A DNA stretch of 64,000 nucleotides from Blasia pusilla. Its lineage: Eukaryota. A program made the position numbers and the translations under genes. Below, in pieces: positions 1 through 13,700 of this stretch. The notes under the pieces were generated by a model that was not told where the DNA came from, did not search any database, and saw nothing but the letters and a program-made list of their open reading frames with translations. The stretch is from positions 42,718,001-42,782,000 of the forward strand of contig CM114271.1 in NCBI GenBank assembly GCA_050084515.1, in the 5' to 3' direction. The stretch's first letter is position 1. The number at the start of each line of letters is the position of its first letter.

Positions 1-3000
1 TTACATTGAAATTGCTATTGTAAGAGCTCAGAATGTCAGAATTGAGCGATTTTGGTTGCGTTGGAAAACTCTCAACGAGCTCTACAAGATGGGATAGAAC
101 AAGCGTGTGGCATCATTCTAGCTAGTATGGACCCAGATGGCTTAATCGACCGGGAAAGCCTTAAAAATACCTCCAAAGTTTTATCAGCGTCAAAGCTCCA
201 CCTAAAATCTGCTCTGAATTAAATTTCCTTCTCCCAAACTGAAATTGTGCCTTCTCTTGCCTCTCTTCTCTCCTCAACCATCAAGAATTTCAAGTGATGT
301 TCTATCGCTCTGATATCATGTGGAAAATTGCTAAAGAAGCATAACTGGTGGGAAACGGCTCCCACACTCACACACCACCATGGAGAACGAAATTTGCAAC
401 GAGAGAATGAGTGGAGGTTGGTCCGCTTCTCAAGTATATAGGATATGTACAAGCAACCCTAACCCTAACCTTAACCATAGTCTCGAGTTAGACTAATTGT
501 GATTAACTAACCCTAGTTAAGATCATCAGGCTTAATTGACTAATCAAGATTAAGCTTCCCTATTTCGTGTGAGTACCATATGTAGCAGTTCAGGTGTCTC
601 ATGAGCTTGACTATGACTCAATCTTCAATAAATTTTTGTAGTCATTTTTTTTAATCTATTTTAGTTGGTGACTCAAACTACTTGTCTCGTGATCTAATTG
701 TTGAAATCATAGCGTAGGTCAGTTAATGCGGGCCAACTATATTTGTGTGTTTTTAGTTCTTGATTATTGTTTATTTTTTTGCTCTCGTCTTTTGTGGGAA
801 GTGCAATTACTATTGTGCACCAATAGGTCCATACATGCATGTTTGTGTATTTCAATGTAATCTTGTTGCTCATGCATATTTTGAATGTCTTTTGCAACAT
901 GTGAAGCAGGACCACATAATATTGAGGACAATATTATGCTTGTTTCAAGGGCAGATTTTATCTATACATCTATAGTGCTGCAATTTACAAACTCTATCGC
1001 ATGGTCGTTTGTTTAAGGCTTTAAATACATGTGATATCTTTGTTCATAAGCCATTGTCTCATAGGTTTTGCCTCAACATCAATGAACAATTCCAAATGGG
1101 CCAAGTTCTTTTTTTTGGCAGGGTTTGCAACTATTGTGCTCTCCATGGCAACCGTGGTGTAGCACAAGTTGCATTTGCAACCATATAGAAAAATTCTTAT
1201 TCATTAATTAGATTATGTTGATAAGTTCATACTCTTTCCTAAGAATTACACTACTGTGTACAAGATTATTGTCTGAAGTTATCTATTCCATGTTGTTACA
1301 GTAAGGAGATTATATTCATGCAACATAGTTAACGACCTTGTATCTACTTAGTTAGATACGCTACTCTAGCTTCTGTACATACGCTAAACTATTAGCCAAC
1401 TTGGCCTCTAACAATTGGATGTTTTGGTAGAGTTTTTTTCCCTTTAAACAAGTGATAGTTATCCTCTAGCACTATTGTTGTATACAAAGGCATTGCGCAA
1501 GGATTAACCTTGACTCCTTTCCAAATAGTTCCCTTGCATTTCACAAATGGGATTTTCCTTTACTGCTGGAAAGTTTTCCATATTTAGATTTGAGACATTA
1601 GTAGATAATACATAAGTGCCCATTTTCTTGACCTCTACTTTGTCGAATGCCAACTTAGCCTATCACCCAAACTTACTACCGGTAAACGGAGATTCTTGTG
1701 TTAATTTTGGGCACTAGATGCTCTGCTACAAACAACAATCATAATTGTTGATGACATTGAACCCATTTACTTAACCTCTATGCGCCTATGCATATATTGG
1801 AAATCTATGAAAAGATAATACCTAGGCACCCTTAAATAGAGTACATATACCTGCTATTTTGAATTCTATATACAAAGAGGTTAACTCGCAAGTTTAGATA
1901 TTCGAGACCCACATTGCATAGGTCATCTAAATGGGTAAACATCCTAAGAATTATTTCAGACCTTAATCCTTGGGTTTATCTTAGCAATGGGGCGCAAGCC
2001 AAGAGCCGTCACAAGTCCATCTTCCCTACTCTCGAGCCAAGAGTGTTTGAGGTCTTGTAGAAAACATGCAACCTTGAAGACATTCACGTCTAGAAGGTTG
2101 GCCAAGAAACGTATGTGTAGGGGATGGCTTAAAATACATGACTTCTTAAGTGCATGGAACCGCCACGTCCAAAATTTCATAAACATGATGGAATGTTGTG
2201 GGTACTGTGGGGTGGTTTCATTTTACAATGGAAAACCCAAAATGAAAATAAAGACAAAAAAGGAATACTCTCCCTATGCCCTATGCAATGGCTACATGAC
2301 ACCTTTCATTATACTAAGGCATCACGAGTTGCTTGAGTGTGTGAAATGCACAACAAATGGCTCAACCATAGAGCATAATGCTTACAAGACTCTTGTGTAC
2401 ATATGAGATATCACTGCAATCAACCCTCTTTATTTGCAACTCTTGTCCATCTTTAACTCTTGAATGTGAATAGAAGTAAAGTACAATGGATTTCACACTG
2501 GATTTTTGGTTAACTCACTTACATATAACCCACTTGTAGGATGGAACACCGAGGATCCTACATCTTTGGACCGCATTTATATATATAGTCAAGTGTAAAA
2601 TATACTTCTTGTTAACCTTCAAGTCAATAAAATTTGGACATTTTAGTTTTCTATCAATATAACATTTTGATAGATGTTATATTTTGGCCAATATAACATC
2701 TATCATAAAGGCTGTTTAAAGGCTGTTTGAGATGAGCTTGACAACTTTGAGAAGCCAATTGACAAACAAAACACCTTGCTATAGACAATGAGTGCCGACC
2801 ATGGTGTAGACGACACTCATATAGAGTCCTTGACAAGTTCACTGAGTCGCCTTAAGAGAGAATATTACGAGTTTCAATAGTTCTTCATTTGAATAGGTTC
2901 TATTTGACTGTGCTCAATTATTGCTACAACTCACCGATCATCACTTTGCTTAACTTCAGCGTGTGTTGTTAAGATATTGGCACTACCATTCTCTCAAATT

Positions 3001-4589
3001 TGGCCCAAGTACCTTGATATGCTAAATGTTCAATTTAGCATATAATGCTATGTGACTAAGACTGCAATTTTAAGACTTTTTCGATCCATGATGTTTTTGC
3101 CTCCATAAATTGTACGATAAATGAAATTGGACATTTCATTTATCGCCGTGTGCCAATTTTGTTTTACTCACTTCGTGTAACTTTATCGAACTTCTACCCA
3201 TACATAGCTAGCATACTCATGCATTTTTACATCTATTGGAGTTACCATACATTTTTACAACTACTTCTTCTTCTTGCACACAATTGATACGTCCATCTTG
3301 GCAGGTCCTATGGAGATTACTCACAAAAAAAAAACACAACTATACTCACCAATCACCAAGAGTTCTCTTTCATTCCTCCATCCCCTACTTCGGCCACTCA
3401 ATATTTTATTTACAACTACTGAATTATTTTATTTACTACATTTTGTCCCCCTATTTGTTACACCCGTCATACACTCCCCCAATTTGTTCCCTCTCCAGTG
3501 TGTTCCCTAATTACTTTCTCTACCATCACCTCTCAAAGAACTGCACGTACACAATAAGATAGACGCAATTTCATAATAAAATACAGCCTAAAAAATAAGT
3601 ATAGAGGCTTAGGTCATTGTGTTTGAAAGTTTAGGAAGGCGTGCAACCAACACTACCACCAAAAAGCCGTGAATTGAGGGACATATTCACAGCACTTGGG
3701 GCCTCATTCTTGTTTTCTTTCGAATAATGCGTATCCTAAGCACTCGTTGTCAACTTTTTATTCATGAGGAAGCCATGCGCACCTGGTTCTGCCGGTGGCT
3801 GGTAACCGGAATCAAAGCAGTTGGGGAAGAGGGAGCCGGGTGCATGCCAGCATGGCAGCTACAATGACGCCACGTGGGAGGTGGGGAGTTAAAGCTCGAC
3901 ACGCGGTTGGCAGTTCGCTCGCCAAGTGTTGACGCACGGTGGCACGTCCATGGTGAACCCTCCCTCCGACAGGTTCTCCCTATACGTGGCTCCGAGTTCT
4001 GGAGGCGGGCACGTCGGTGGCCGCCGAGATGCCCAGCCAAATCTCTCCCTTTTGAGGGATTCCGTTGCCATGCTATGCTGCCGGTTCCCTTGTCGCTCTC
4101 ATGACGTGGGAGAGTCAATCACAGCCACGCCATCCATGACTTTATCCTCCTTCCTCCTCGCTCTATGCCATCGCAGACATATCCCGTCGTCTCAGGCGAG
4201 CCCATTTCGGCCCAATCACCAGCCGCGAATCCAGTGGTGCCCGCTGGCATGTCTGGTTCTAAAACTCAACCGCATACACTACCACGGAGAGCGAGAAATA
4301 CAGTGACCGTCCGATTGTGGGGGAAATGCTGGAGATCCTGACAGCTCAGATTTGGAAGGTGTTCGTCTAACTCAACTGCGGTCAGTGGGACATAAAGAGA
4401 AGAGAGGACAATAATGATGGTGCATATGGAGAACAAAGAGGATATAATATTCTCCGTGGATAAAAAGGGTCCCCTAAAATAAAAATAGAGAAGGATTTAA
4501 AAAACAAAGGTCAACAAACGGGTGCTGCTAAGGGGGAAGATGCACTTCGATAAAAACGAGTGATGGAAAACCCATCGGAAGTACAAAAG

Positions 4590-7500
4590 AGGGGGACTCA
4601 AAGAGTCAAAACTTGAAGGCCACAACAGGACCATAAAAGGAAGAAGGGGGCATTCCCCCCCCTAACGACGAAACTCACCAACAAAGCAGAGACAATATCA
4701 AGCAACAACAAGAGAGCTATGACTACTACTAAGTGGGCCTCTAGCGCCGGCGTCTCCCTGCCTGAGCCGCGCAAAATCCCATTAGCCTGGGCACGCGCAA
4801 CGCTATGGAGACCAGCGCCTACAATCTGAATCGCAGTAGCTAAGGACAACCCATTTCTCGAGTGGAGATGATGGGCGATTCCGTGAAGGAACAGTCGAAC
4901 CTCTCCCCATAGCCCCATACATCTCTATGGCCAGGGGATGAAGATGTGTCCCTCGTGTAGTCGATTGTAGATATGTGTCTTCTTCGCCGCCGCCGCCGCC
5001 GCCGCCGCCGCTCTTGTAGCATTCGCCCTTGGGCCACCACTTGGCTCGCATGCTTGCCTCCCGCGTGAGGGATGCGTGACTACCACGTCCGCCACAACCA
5101 CCTCGGCCTCACGTGTCATGTAGAGATCGGCACGAATGAGGGAATCCCGCATGGAGTAGTGCCTCTCTCTGCACATGGAAGCCACTCTCCCGAGCAATCA
5201 TCGAACATGATATCCCGCGACTTTGCATCGTGAGTGGCTATCCTCTCACCCCAATCGACGGCGTGCCAAATGCACACCAAGTGGATCCAGGCTCGCGACA
5301 CTCGCGGTGTGTCGAACCAACCACCGATGGTTGGGGAGGCCCAAAGCGGAACCGCATCATTTGTGGTATAGGTAAGTGGTGCGATCACGGAAAGCTGGAG
5401 AAGGGGCGCCCCTACCCATGAGCTGCCCCTTTCCGGAGCAAGAGCGAACACGGGCCCTAACCTCCATGGGGATATTCCCGTCGGACATAGTGCCTCTAAA
5501 ACTGCCTCAAAGTGGGCTTCCATCAAGGAAGATTGGAGCCCAGGACCGGAGGTAACTAAGGAGGAGAAAGTGGGGAGAACGGCTCGGGCCTCAACTCGAA
5601 GGAATCTCTACAATTTGTGAGTGAAGAGTGAAGTGGGAAAGAGCCATCCTCGACTGGGAGGCGTAGTGTAGAAGGAGCGGTCTATCTCTAACCAAAAATC
5701 GGGAGCAAAGGAGGGTGCCACTATGGCCCAACTCCTAAAAAAGCGGAGGGCGCCACTAACTCGGTCGAGAGAAGACCTACTCCACCAAAAGAAATCGGCC
5801 AAGAGGCCTGTCTCTGAGCTAACTCCCCATGGGGCACTCTAAGGAGCCGGGTCCTAGAAGATCCCCAAACACTGCATGAGCTTCCTATCAAAGGATCTAT
5901 ATAGGGAAGAAAGGTGACTAGATGTCGGGCAGTTCTAGTGAGGTAACCAGGTCTACGAGCAAAACAAGAAGAGAGAATGCCGAAGGCGACTTGAGGGTCA
6001 CCAATCCTCGTAAGATCATCAACGTGGAGAAGATCCTCGGTAAGAGCCGCCATTTAAAGTCGATACAAAGTCCGGCTCCCGAGCGGTACTCCCAAGACTC
6101 GAAGCCCTCCGACAGTCGCAAGAAGCCGTCGGGTAAATGTAGATCATCACGTAGGCCTGATGGAGACCAAGCCTTGCACTTCCCACCTTCACCGCCAGGC
6201 CGACACGTGCCAACCTGTCTTTGAAAAGTGCTCGAATGGAGGGACAACCAGATCTCGGGACCAACAATATGAGTATCATCGCGTGAAGGAACATGCAACT
6301 CGGGAAAGCCTCCACCGTGAGAAAGAACCGCTCGGTAATGAGCCACAAACAAACAACGCGCCACCCAGAGGGTCACCCTGACGCGAGTCCCGTAGCAGAC
6401 TCCAAGACCGTGACCTCCTCCTCGAATCAACCATGGTGGAAATAGAGGGCCAAAGGGGCCCCATAGAAAGCTGCACAAAGGGAATGAGGCTCGCCATGGG
6501 GCCACCAGCGTCCCTCAACTCTGTGAATATAGTAGCCCGAGATCTTGAGTTGAAGGCGTTCTCCACGTCCACTTGGAGAACCACCCTCTGGATGTACATC
6601 TAGACAAGCCCTCAAACCTAAGGCAACCGTCTCACATCCGGTGGCGTGGCAACTCCAAAGCGATGTGGACTCGGATGTGATGGAAAGCCTCACGGAATTG
6701 CAAAGGAGAGTACGACTCACCAACCGCAAGAGCACCTCACCTATGGCAATCGGACGGATACCACCACCCTCCTTTGACAACGCCAAAAGTCGCCCGCCCC
6801 TAATACTTGGGCCATCTTTGTTGGCACTCTCCCCTGAGCTAGGTGAGAGCAACCTGAAGCAACTTCGGAGAAGCCGCTAGCGGTGTCCTCGGAAGGAAAG
6901 CAATCACGAAGGTGTTCGTACATCCTACCAGACAAACCTCCGGCCGCAATCCTCGGAGAACCTCCGAGTGCCCGTGCAAAGAGGGACGGGTCAAGGCATA
7001 TAGCCGTGTCGGGGTGGAAGTCACGTGCAAAAGCTGGAATGTCAACTGGGCGAGGATGTAGCCTCCGGAGGGCATCGATGGTAACGGTGAAGAAGGAGCC
7101 ATGTCCATCGGGCGAAGAGCACGCGGCTCGCCGCGAGTACTCAGGCTCGCCCTGATGTCCTACATCGCCGCAACCTGGCTGCTCCAGGATCGTCCTCCGG
7201 GAAACCAGGTGAACTACTACCCTGGCGAATGCCACAAACTCACTCTGCAGAGACTCCCAATCACCTCCTCGAAAGCGTCTCGGGACGTGCTATAACCTCT
7301 CTATGACCGGCCTTCCCTCCCGAGTGTAACGAAGACACCATCGTGGAAGGAGAAGTAGTAGGTACCAAGAGAGCTCATCCATAGGATCAAGGGCGATCCT
7401 AGCGAGGGGAAGGAGGAATGCGTGGCGGAGGTGTCCCGAATAGCATGGGGATCCTATGAAACAACCTCGGGCAGGGAAAACGGGTCTCGAAGAGACCTAT

Positions 7501-7900
7501 AATCTTTACACTGGTGGGACCTCAACCACTCCCATGCCTCAAGAGGGGGCGATGATGCGGGAAGCACCGGAGAGCATCCATGGTCGGCGGGAGGGACCAC
7601 CCATCCAAATCTATCAAAGTCGGGATGTTTAGCCGCTTAGTGGTTCCGAATTCTGACAGTGAAGAATTCGGGACAACATGGGCATTTAATATCCCGACTA
7701 GACGACCCACGGGTCCCCCACACGGGAGCCGATGCGGTCGAGGCATGGATGCAACTCACCAAGAAGAGGACATGGCCCCTCCAATAAAATCGTGCGACAA
7801 TCCCCGTCAACAAATCCTATCATCCCCATTCGAACGAGCGGTCTGGCAAACCACTCTCTTCCGCCCACGGTAATGCTCCCTCTAACATAAACTCTCACCT
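4590..7900 (-). mobile_element. Degenerate CRE-clade non-LTR retrotransposon (RT plus C-terminal restriction-like endonuclease)
   Basis: Frameshifted minus-strand fragments give RT motifs GGRLLALSKEGGGIRPIAIGEVLLRLVSR, VLQVDVENAFNSRSR, RQGDPLGGALF and DDTHIVGP, then RLE motifs RADLYMTREAEVVVADVVVTHP, AAAAAAAAKK and PLAIEMYGAMG. Boundaries approximate. Confidence 0.85.
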
Positions 7901-10079
7901 ACCGACATCACCTAGGACTTCTAGTCCCAACCCCTCCCAAAAATAAACTCATGAATACGTAGAGTTGCTAAGAGTGTGAAAAGATCATGGGCCCCGCAAG
8001 TATCCTGCAGAATAGCTCTTTTAAGCAAAGGACACCACCTGATCAATTGTGTACCTTGTATCTGATTTGATTGATAAAGATCAAGGTACTGATTGGCTCT
8101 TGAAGCATTTGCAGACATTTTATGGAGTGCTTGGCTCATGAGCCGAGCCTGAAGGCCTATCTGCTGCATCCCGATTTCTCCCGCCCCATTGCACCAGTCA
8201 CCATCACATCCTGCACCTCCTTCATTTGCCCTAATTCTTGCAGAAATTTGCTTTGATGTGTTACAGGTATACAGAACATACGATGCAACTATAGCTTGTC
8301 TAAATATTGAAGGCAAATTGGCGAGCTTACCAAACTTTGACGTGCCAAGCTAAAAGGGTACCTCAATTTCTGCACGTGGAGTCGTAGAACCGAATCGATG
8401 CATATTATGTCCTGACTCGACTGCACAACCGATCAGAAATGTGCATGTAGAGGTTCTTTGATGAGATCTACAGACGAATTGATTCCAACATGGACTTAGA
8501 ATAGTTTGTTTATCATACCCACAATTTAGCACATGTTAACTTTCAGGTCTCAGCAGCTTCAATTAAGATAATTTTTATTTTTTGGTAATTGAATCGAAAA
8601 ACGTTTTTTTAATGCTTCTAAAACTTGTTCCTACGGACCAACCCCCCCCAGCTATCCCCGTTTTCTCGTCATTTGTTTGTTCGAGATAAAATAGATGAGA
8701 AGAAAAGTGTATGTACGGGAGGGGTAACAAATACAAACGTGAATCGAACCAAAATGAGAAGCACATACGACAAATACGACAAACAAGAAAGGACTTGTGA
8801 AAGGAGGGGAAGGGTGGGTGAATAGAGGACGTTACCTTGGGAAATTTCTCCAAATGACAATAAGCTAAGTCCTAATATTCACATTTGGAACCCTAATATG
8901 AACCGAATTCTAAAAAGATGAATAAAAATAAAAATACTTCACGCTATGCAGCAAGGTCCGGATCAAAACGAAGCTCTTGTCACGCTCTCCGTTTCGACAT
9001 GTAGCACGTCTCTTTTCGTCCCCTACGCCCTCCGTCCTTCCTCCCGCCGTCCCCGTCCATGCCTCCCGCCGCCCCCGCCCAAAATCGCTGCCTTCACTGC
9101 GGGGGAACGATGACATGGCGTCATGCGGTGCTGCTGCGCAGCGGCGCATAGATTCCCCGGGCTCGATAGGGTCTGATCGGTAATTTCCAAAAACTTGCCG
9201 GTTTTTATTTTTTTACAAAGAAACTGCATTTCCCGGGTGGGGGTTTTCCCGAGCATTTTCTGGTCGGATCGGGAATTCTTAAATTTTAACCGGGTGGCAT
9301 TACAAAGAATGCCGGTTCTAGGCGCCGGTAGCTGCTGCTCTGCACTCGACTCTCACTATGTTTGTTGTTCTAAAGGCAGAGACTCGACTCTCACTATGTT
9401 TGTGAGAGGTGCAAATATAAGGCGTTCCACACACATAAATGTTAACAAAACAAGTCATACATGCATGAAAAGAGAACACGGCACCTTGCAAAATCAAGTA
9501 CCCAGAAAAAATAAATGTCATGGGAGAGTTTCACAGATAGCAAATATAAGACGTTCCACACATAAATGTCCTAACCAAAACAATTTTGTAACTAGCATAT
9601 TAGAGAAACGTATGAAAAGAAAGAAATGTGAACATCTGGTTTCAAAAGTGTGGGAGTACATCCCAAATAACATGAACATGCTGTTCGGGGATCCTTACCA
9701 CGGTGGCAATGATAGAAATTAAAATTCGTAGTCTAACAAGAGTATGGAAATCATTTGAGACACACCGTAAAACTTGTAAGATAAACCCATAAAATCTTTT
9801 TCTATGTCCGCCTCCCATCTATATGCCTATTGAAAACTAAGATTTCAAAATTTGGAAGCAAGTACCGAAGTCAGTTCATGACCCAAGAAATTCATATTCG
9901 ACTAATGTCCTCTCTCTCATGGACGGTGTACGGAATCCGTTCTTGGACCCTAAAACACTAGTAATCAATCCGGTGGCTAAACATAGAATACCACGATTCC
10001 AGCCGAAACCCCTTCGCAACAACCCCATATCGGGCGATGGATCTTGAGAGCCGAGAGAACGATCCGTCCTAAGGACTAG

Positions 10080-10450
10080 TGCCTCTATGGGTACGACGGA
10101 GAGAGAGAGGAGGGTTGCCTCAATCAAGGAACTGTTGAGGGTGAAGTGTCTATCTCTAACCAAAAATCGGGGAGCAAAGGAGGGGTGCCACTATGGCCCA
10201 ACTCCCTAAAAAACTAACTCGGTCGAGAGAAGTCCACCAAAAGAAATCGGGGGTGTGAGCTAACTCCCCATGGGGAAGACTAGAAGATCCCTCATGAGCT
10301 TCTATCAAAGGATCTATATAGGGAAGAAAGGTGACTAGAGTCCGTGAAGATCGTGAGGTAAAGCAAAATAGGTCTCTGAAGAAGCGAGAATCGTAAAACT
10401 TGAGGGTCACCAATCCTCGTAAGATCATCAACGTGGAGAAGATCATCGTA
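10080..10450 (-). mobile_element. Second, deletion-riddled fragment of the same CRE family
   Basis: Near-identical blocks to about 5620-6040 (tctatctctaaccaaaaatcggg, tatcaaaggatctatatagggaagaaaggtgactaga, ttgagggtcaccaatcctcgtaagatcatcaacgtggagaagatc) separated by short deletions. Confidence 0.8.
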
Positions 10451-10707
10451 AAAGCAGTGTGCGGCCTCTGCGACGGACGGGGTGAACTCGAGTAGTTAGT
10501 TCATACGTGCATACGGCACGTGGATAGTCTACCAGAAACGAAAGGAACTCGTAGAGGCCGTAATGAAGGCTCTGACTGCGGATTTTAGACCTGTGACTAC
10601 CGGACTAACGCCTCTTTCTTCAGTGTCCGGAGGACGGCGCAGACAGGGGACGCAATAGAATACAATAGAACACTTGAATTGAATCGAGCTGACTCGATTC
10701 GATTTGA

Positions 10708-13700
10708 ATGAAATCCCATCCCCTGGCGATGGCAGGAACGCTGCACGCCTGCGCCGCGAGCTCCTTCCAACGCTGCGTCCAAGGAGCGCGGAGGGTGAGG
10801 GGCAGGGCCACGGCTGTCGGGGTCGGAAGCTTGCCAGGGCAGCGTCTGTGCGGGAATTTGAGAATTGCCAGTGCGGCCATTGCGGGAAATCGATTCGGAG
10901 GGCGCATTTGCGAAAGGGAGCGGCTGCAGCCGATCAATGGCGCCGCAGCACTCATGGCTTCGAGCGCATCAATCCAAGTAGCAGACGAAGCAGGGAATTT
11001 CGAGACGCCGGCGCTGAAAACCGTACGCGTCCACTACAATAGGTTGGTCATAGCGTTCGACAATCGCTTCATGGAAGTGGATTGAATTAATAAAGAAAGA
11101 AAGAAAGACAGCAATGTAGACAGAAAGAGACATGCATATATGTATAAATAATTGCGCGGAGCAGTCATTTTTGAGAGATTCGACTGGAGAGAGATGTTTC
11201 CAGTCAAATTTGGGGTCCGATAATGATGATGAGGAGTAGCGTCCGACATCTCTGCGCAGAATTCGTCTGTACATTCCGTCGCGTTCTAACTGTGCGCACA
11301 AAATTCTTTGGTATTCGTGGCCATTTCGAACAGGAAAGACGGGGAGTACGAGCCGTGGGGACTGCACGTTTGGGGTGACGCTCATGTCTGTACGCCGTGG
11401 GAGGCTCCTCTTCCTCCCACGGGGTCGGATGATTTTGGAATCTTTTGGGAGGTGAAGAGTGTGCGGAATGGCAATGTACATTTTCTCATACATACAGGCA
11501 GAGCTAAGGTTAGTCAAATCGGCGATTTTGGCTACTGGACCTGACAGATGCTTTGCATGCTCTGGGAAATTCTCTTGGACTCGGGGGCAGCAGGATTCCC
11601 GTTCAGAATCCTGGAGTGCAGTCCTGTTCTGGCATCTCAGTTCCAGAGAATTTCCAAAAGCATGCGTTTTCGGAAATTCTTTTGGATCATGCATGACTAG
11701 CCATGCAGTAGGGTCGTGTGTATTTTGCTGAAATGTGGGCAGCTCAGAGCTCTAAACGGTCTTTGAGGTGGTTCTGTGAAGATAATCTCATGAAGAATTG
11801 CGTTCTGTGATGAACTTTTCCTTTAGCTCTTACGGCATGAAATGCGTCTGCAGGAATTCGAGGGTGTACTGGACAGCGGTTCGAATGAAGCAGTGTGGGT
11901 CGTGTCTGAGCATCCCACGGTTTTCACACACAAGCCGGATCTTGCTTCCATTCCTAAGGTGAGTAGGGAGGTTTTCTTTCTTCTCTCGACTCTAGACCAA
12001 CACTAGACACCACTGGGCATTTGGGTGTTGTACTTGGGGAAGCTCACCGCACTTTCCAGCATTATGTTTCACCATAAAGTTGAGTCGTCAGTCATTGTTT
12101 CTTTCAATGACTCCGCGCCCTTGAAATCAACAGGGTGATCTGGGCTTTGCAAGGGGCTTCTGGGTGACCGAAAACTTTATTGCCTGGACTGCCGACACTA
12201 CAGAAGCTTGCATTTACCTCCACGCCAGCAAGGAAGCGAGCCTCAATCTGACAGCCAAGGGTGTTGAAGGTTCGCTTCAAGCCTTCGCGTGTTTGTGTGA
12301 GAGATGATCTTGCAAGTAAATAAATGGCCTGGCAGAAAGGAGAAAATGGAAATTTGGAGAATGGGATCACGAAGGAGTAGTAAACTATTATGTCGTCATC
12401 TCTGTAAACTTGAGCTCAACCTGCCCCTCTGGATTACAAATATCCTTAAGAGTAATTTGCCACCATAGCTTGCACCGTGAAGGTACAAAATTAATGACGA
12501 ATTCCTCAGTTGGGCTCTAAGAAATTTGGAATAATCGAGTTGTACAGTTTCCTGTAGAACTCAGATAGATATTATAGAAAAGATAAATCCTTTCGAAACT
12601 GATGTTAATAGTGTCAATAGGACGCCATGAACGTCACCGAGCGTTTGGAGATCAGTTTCAATTACACATTTAAAAGAAATCAATTCCACATTCACAGGAA
12701 AGAAGCTAGGAGTTTTATGCAACTCTAATTTTTCTTCGTTTGCTTGGTCTTCTTCTTTCTCTGATCTATCAGGCGCAAGCCTAAGTGTTCAATTGGAGGA
12801 GGAGCCTAAAGGATTTCCCACACAGGTAACAACACTCTTCCGGGCATAGTGTGAAGTTAATTCACTCTCAAAATTCGGAGCTGTGCAAATGTATGTTGGC
12901 AGAAATTGTGGCCTGGGAACTAAGAGTCTTGGCCCTTTCTTCCAGGTATTGGAGAAGTTTCCTTATGTGTCAGGCTACAAAGCTCTCCGCCTGCCGCATG
13001 GGACAGACGCAAAGGATCTTGTCAAGTGCCAACTGGCTCTTTCCTCCTGTGATGGTATGTAGTGTATGCGAATCCCTTGCTGTACAATATCTCCTCTTCC
13101 CTTTGGTGGTCGTCGTCTGTTGAATTTAGTAATTGCCAGGAAAAGATGATCACTTTCCCAGTTCTGATGACTATCTGAGATACAATTTGTACTCTCAGAA
13201 AACTTGTAGGCCTGGCTCTTCTTCCGTACTGAGTGATCTGAGAAACAGACAAGGCGAAGTATGCTGGGATATTTTTCCATAATGGTGCTGTGTTCACGGA
13301 TGTGCAGCTGCAGGTTCTCCACTCGATGCCACAGGAGTACAACTTCCTGGTGTTTTGGATGATGTTTTTGCTTATGATGGTCCACTTGGTGCCACTTTCA
13401 CTAAAGATCATGTATCTCTCAGCGTGTGGGCACCCACAGCTCAGGTATGCTCTTTCTGCGTGTAATACATCTCAGGCTCACGTGTAACAAAATTGCGTTC
13501 GTCAAATTTAGTCGGTAATTTTTCTCTATCTGGTGGTAGATGGGAGAATTGTGTAGCTGAAATATGATAAAATCCTCACGTGAAGGAGTTTTGTGAGCTC
13601 AATAACTGCTGCCGACAGTGGGGGATAGTCCAGCCCCAGCGAAATGACATCTCCTACGCAGAATATGGATGTTCCATACTCTAGGAAATGACAACATGAA

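Noticed and set aside
456-475. Telomere-like aaccctaaccctaacc
   Set aside because: Under three units, most likely part of a repeat or telo-box, not an array.
1-3700. AT-rich region with short ORFs, possibly old TE remains
   Set aside because: I could not recognise any protein motif or termini.
10969-11694. 241-aa minus-strand ORF and other antisense ORFs over genes and TEs
   Set aside because: They overlap real exons or pol on the opposite strand and show no recognisable domains.
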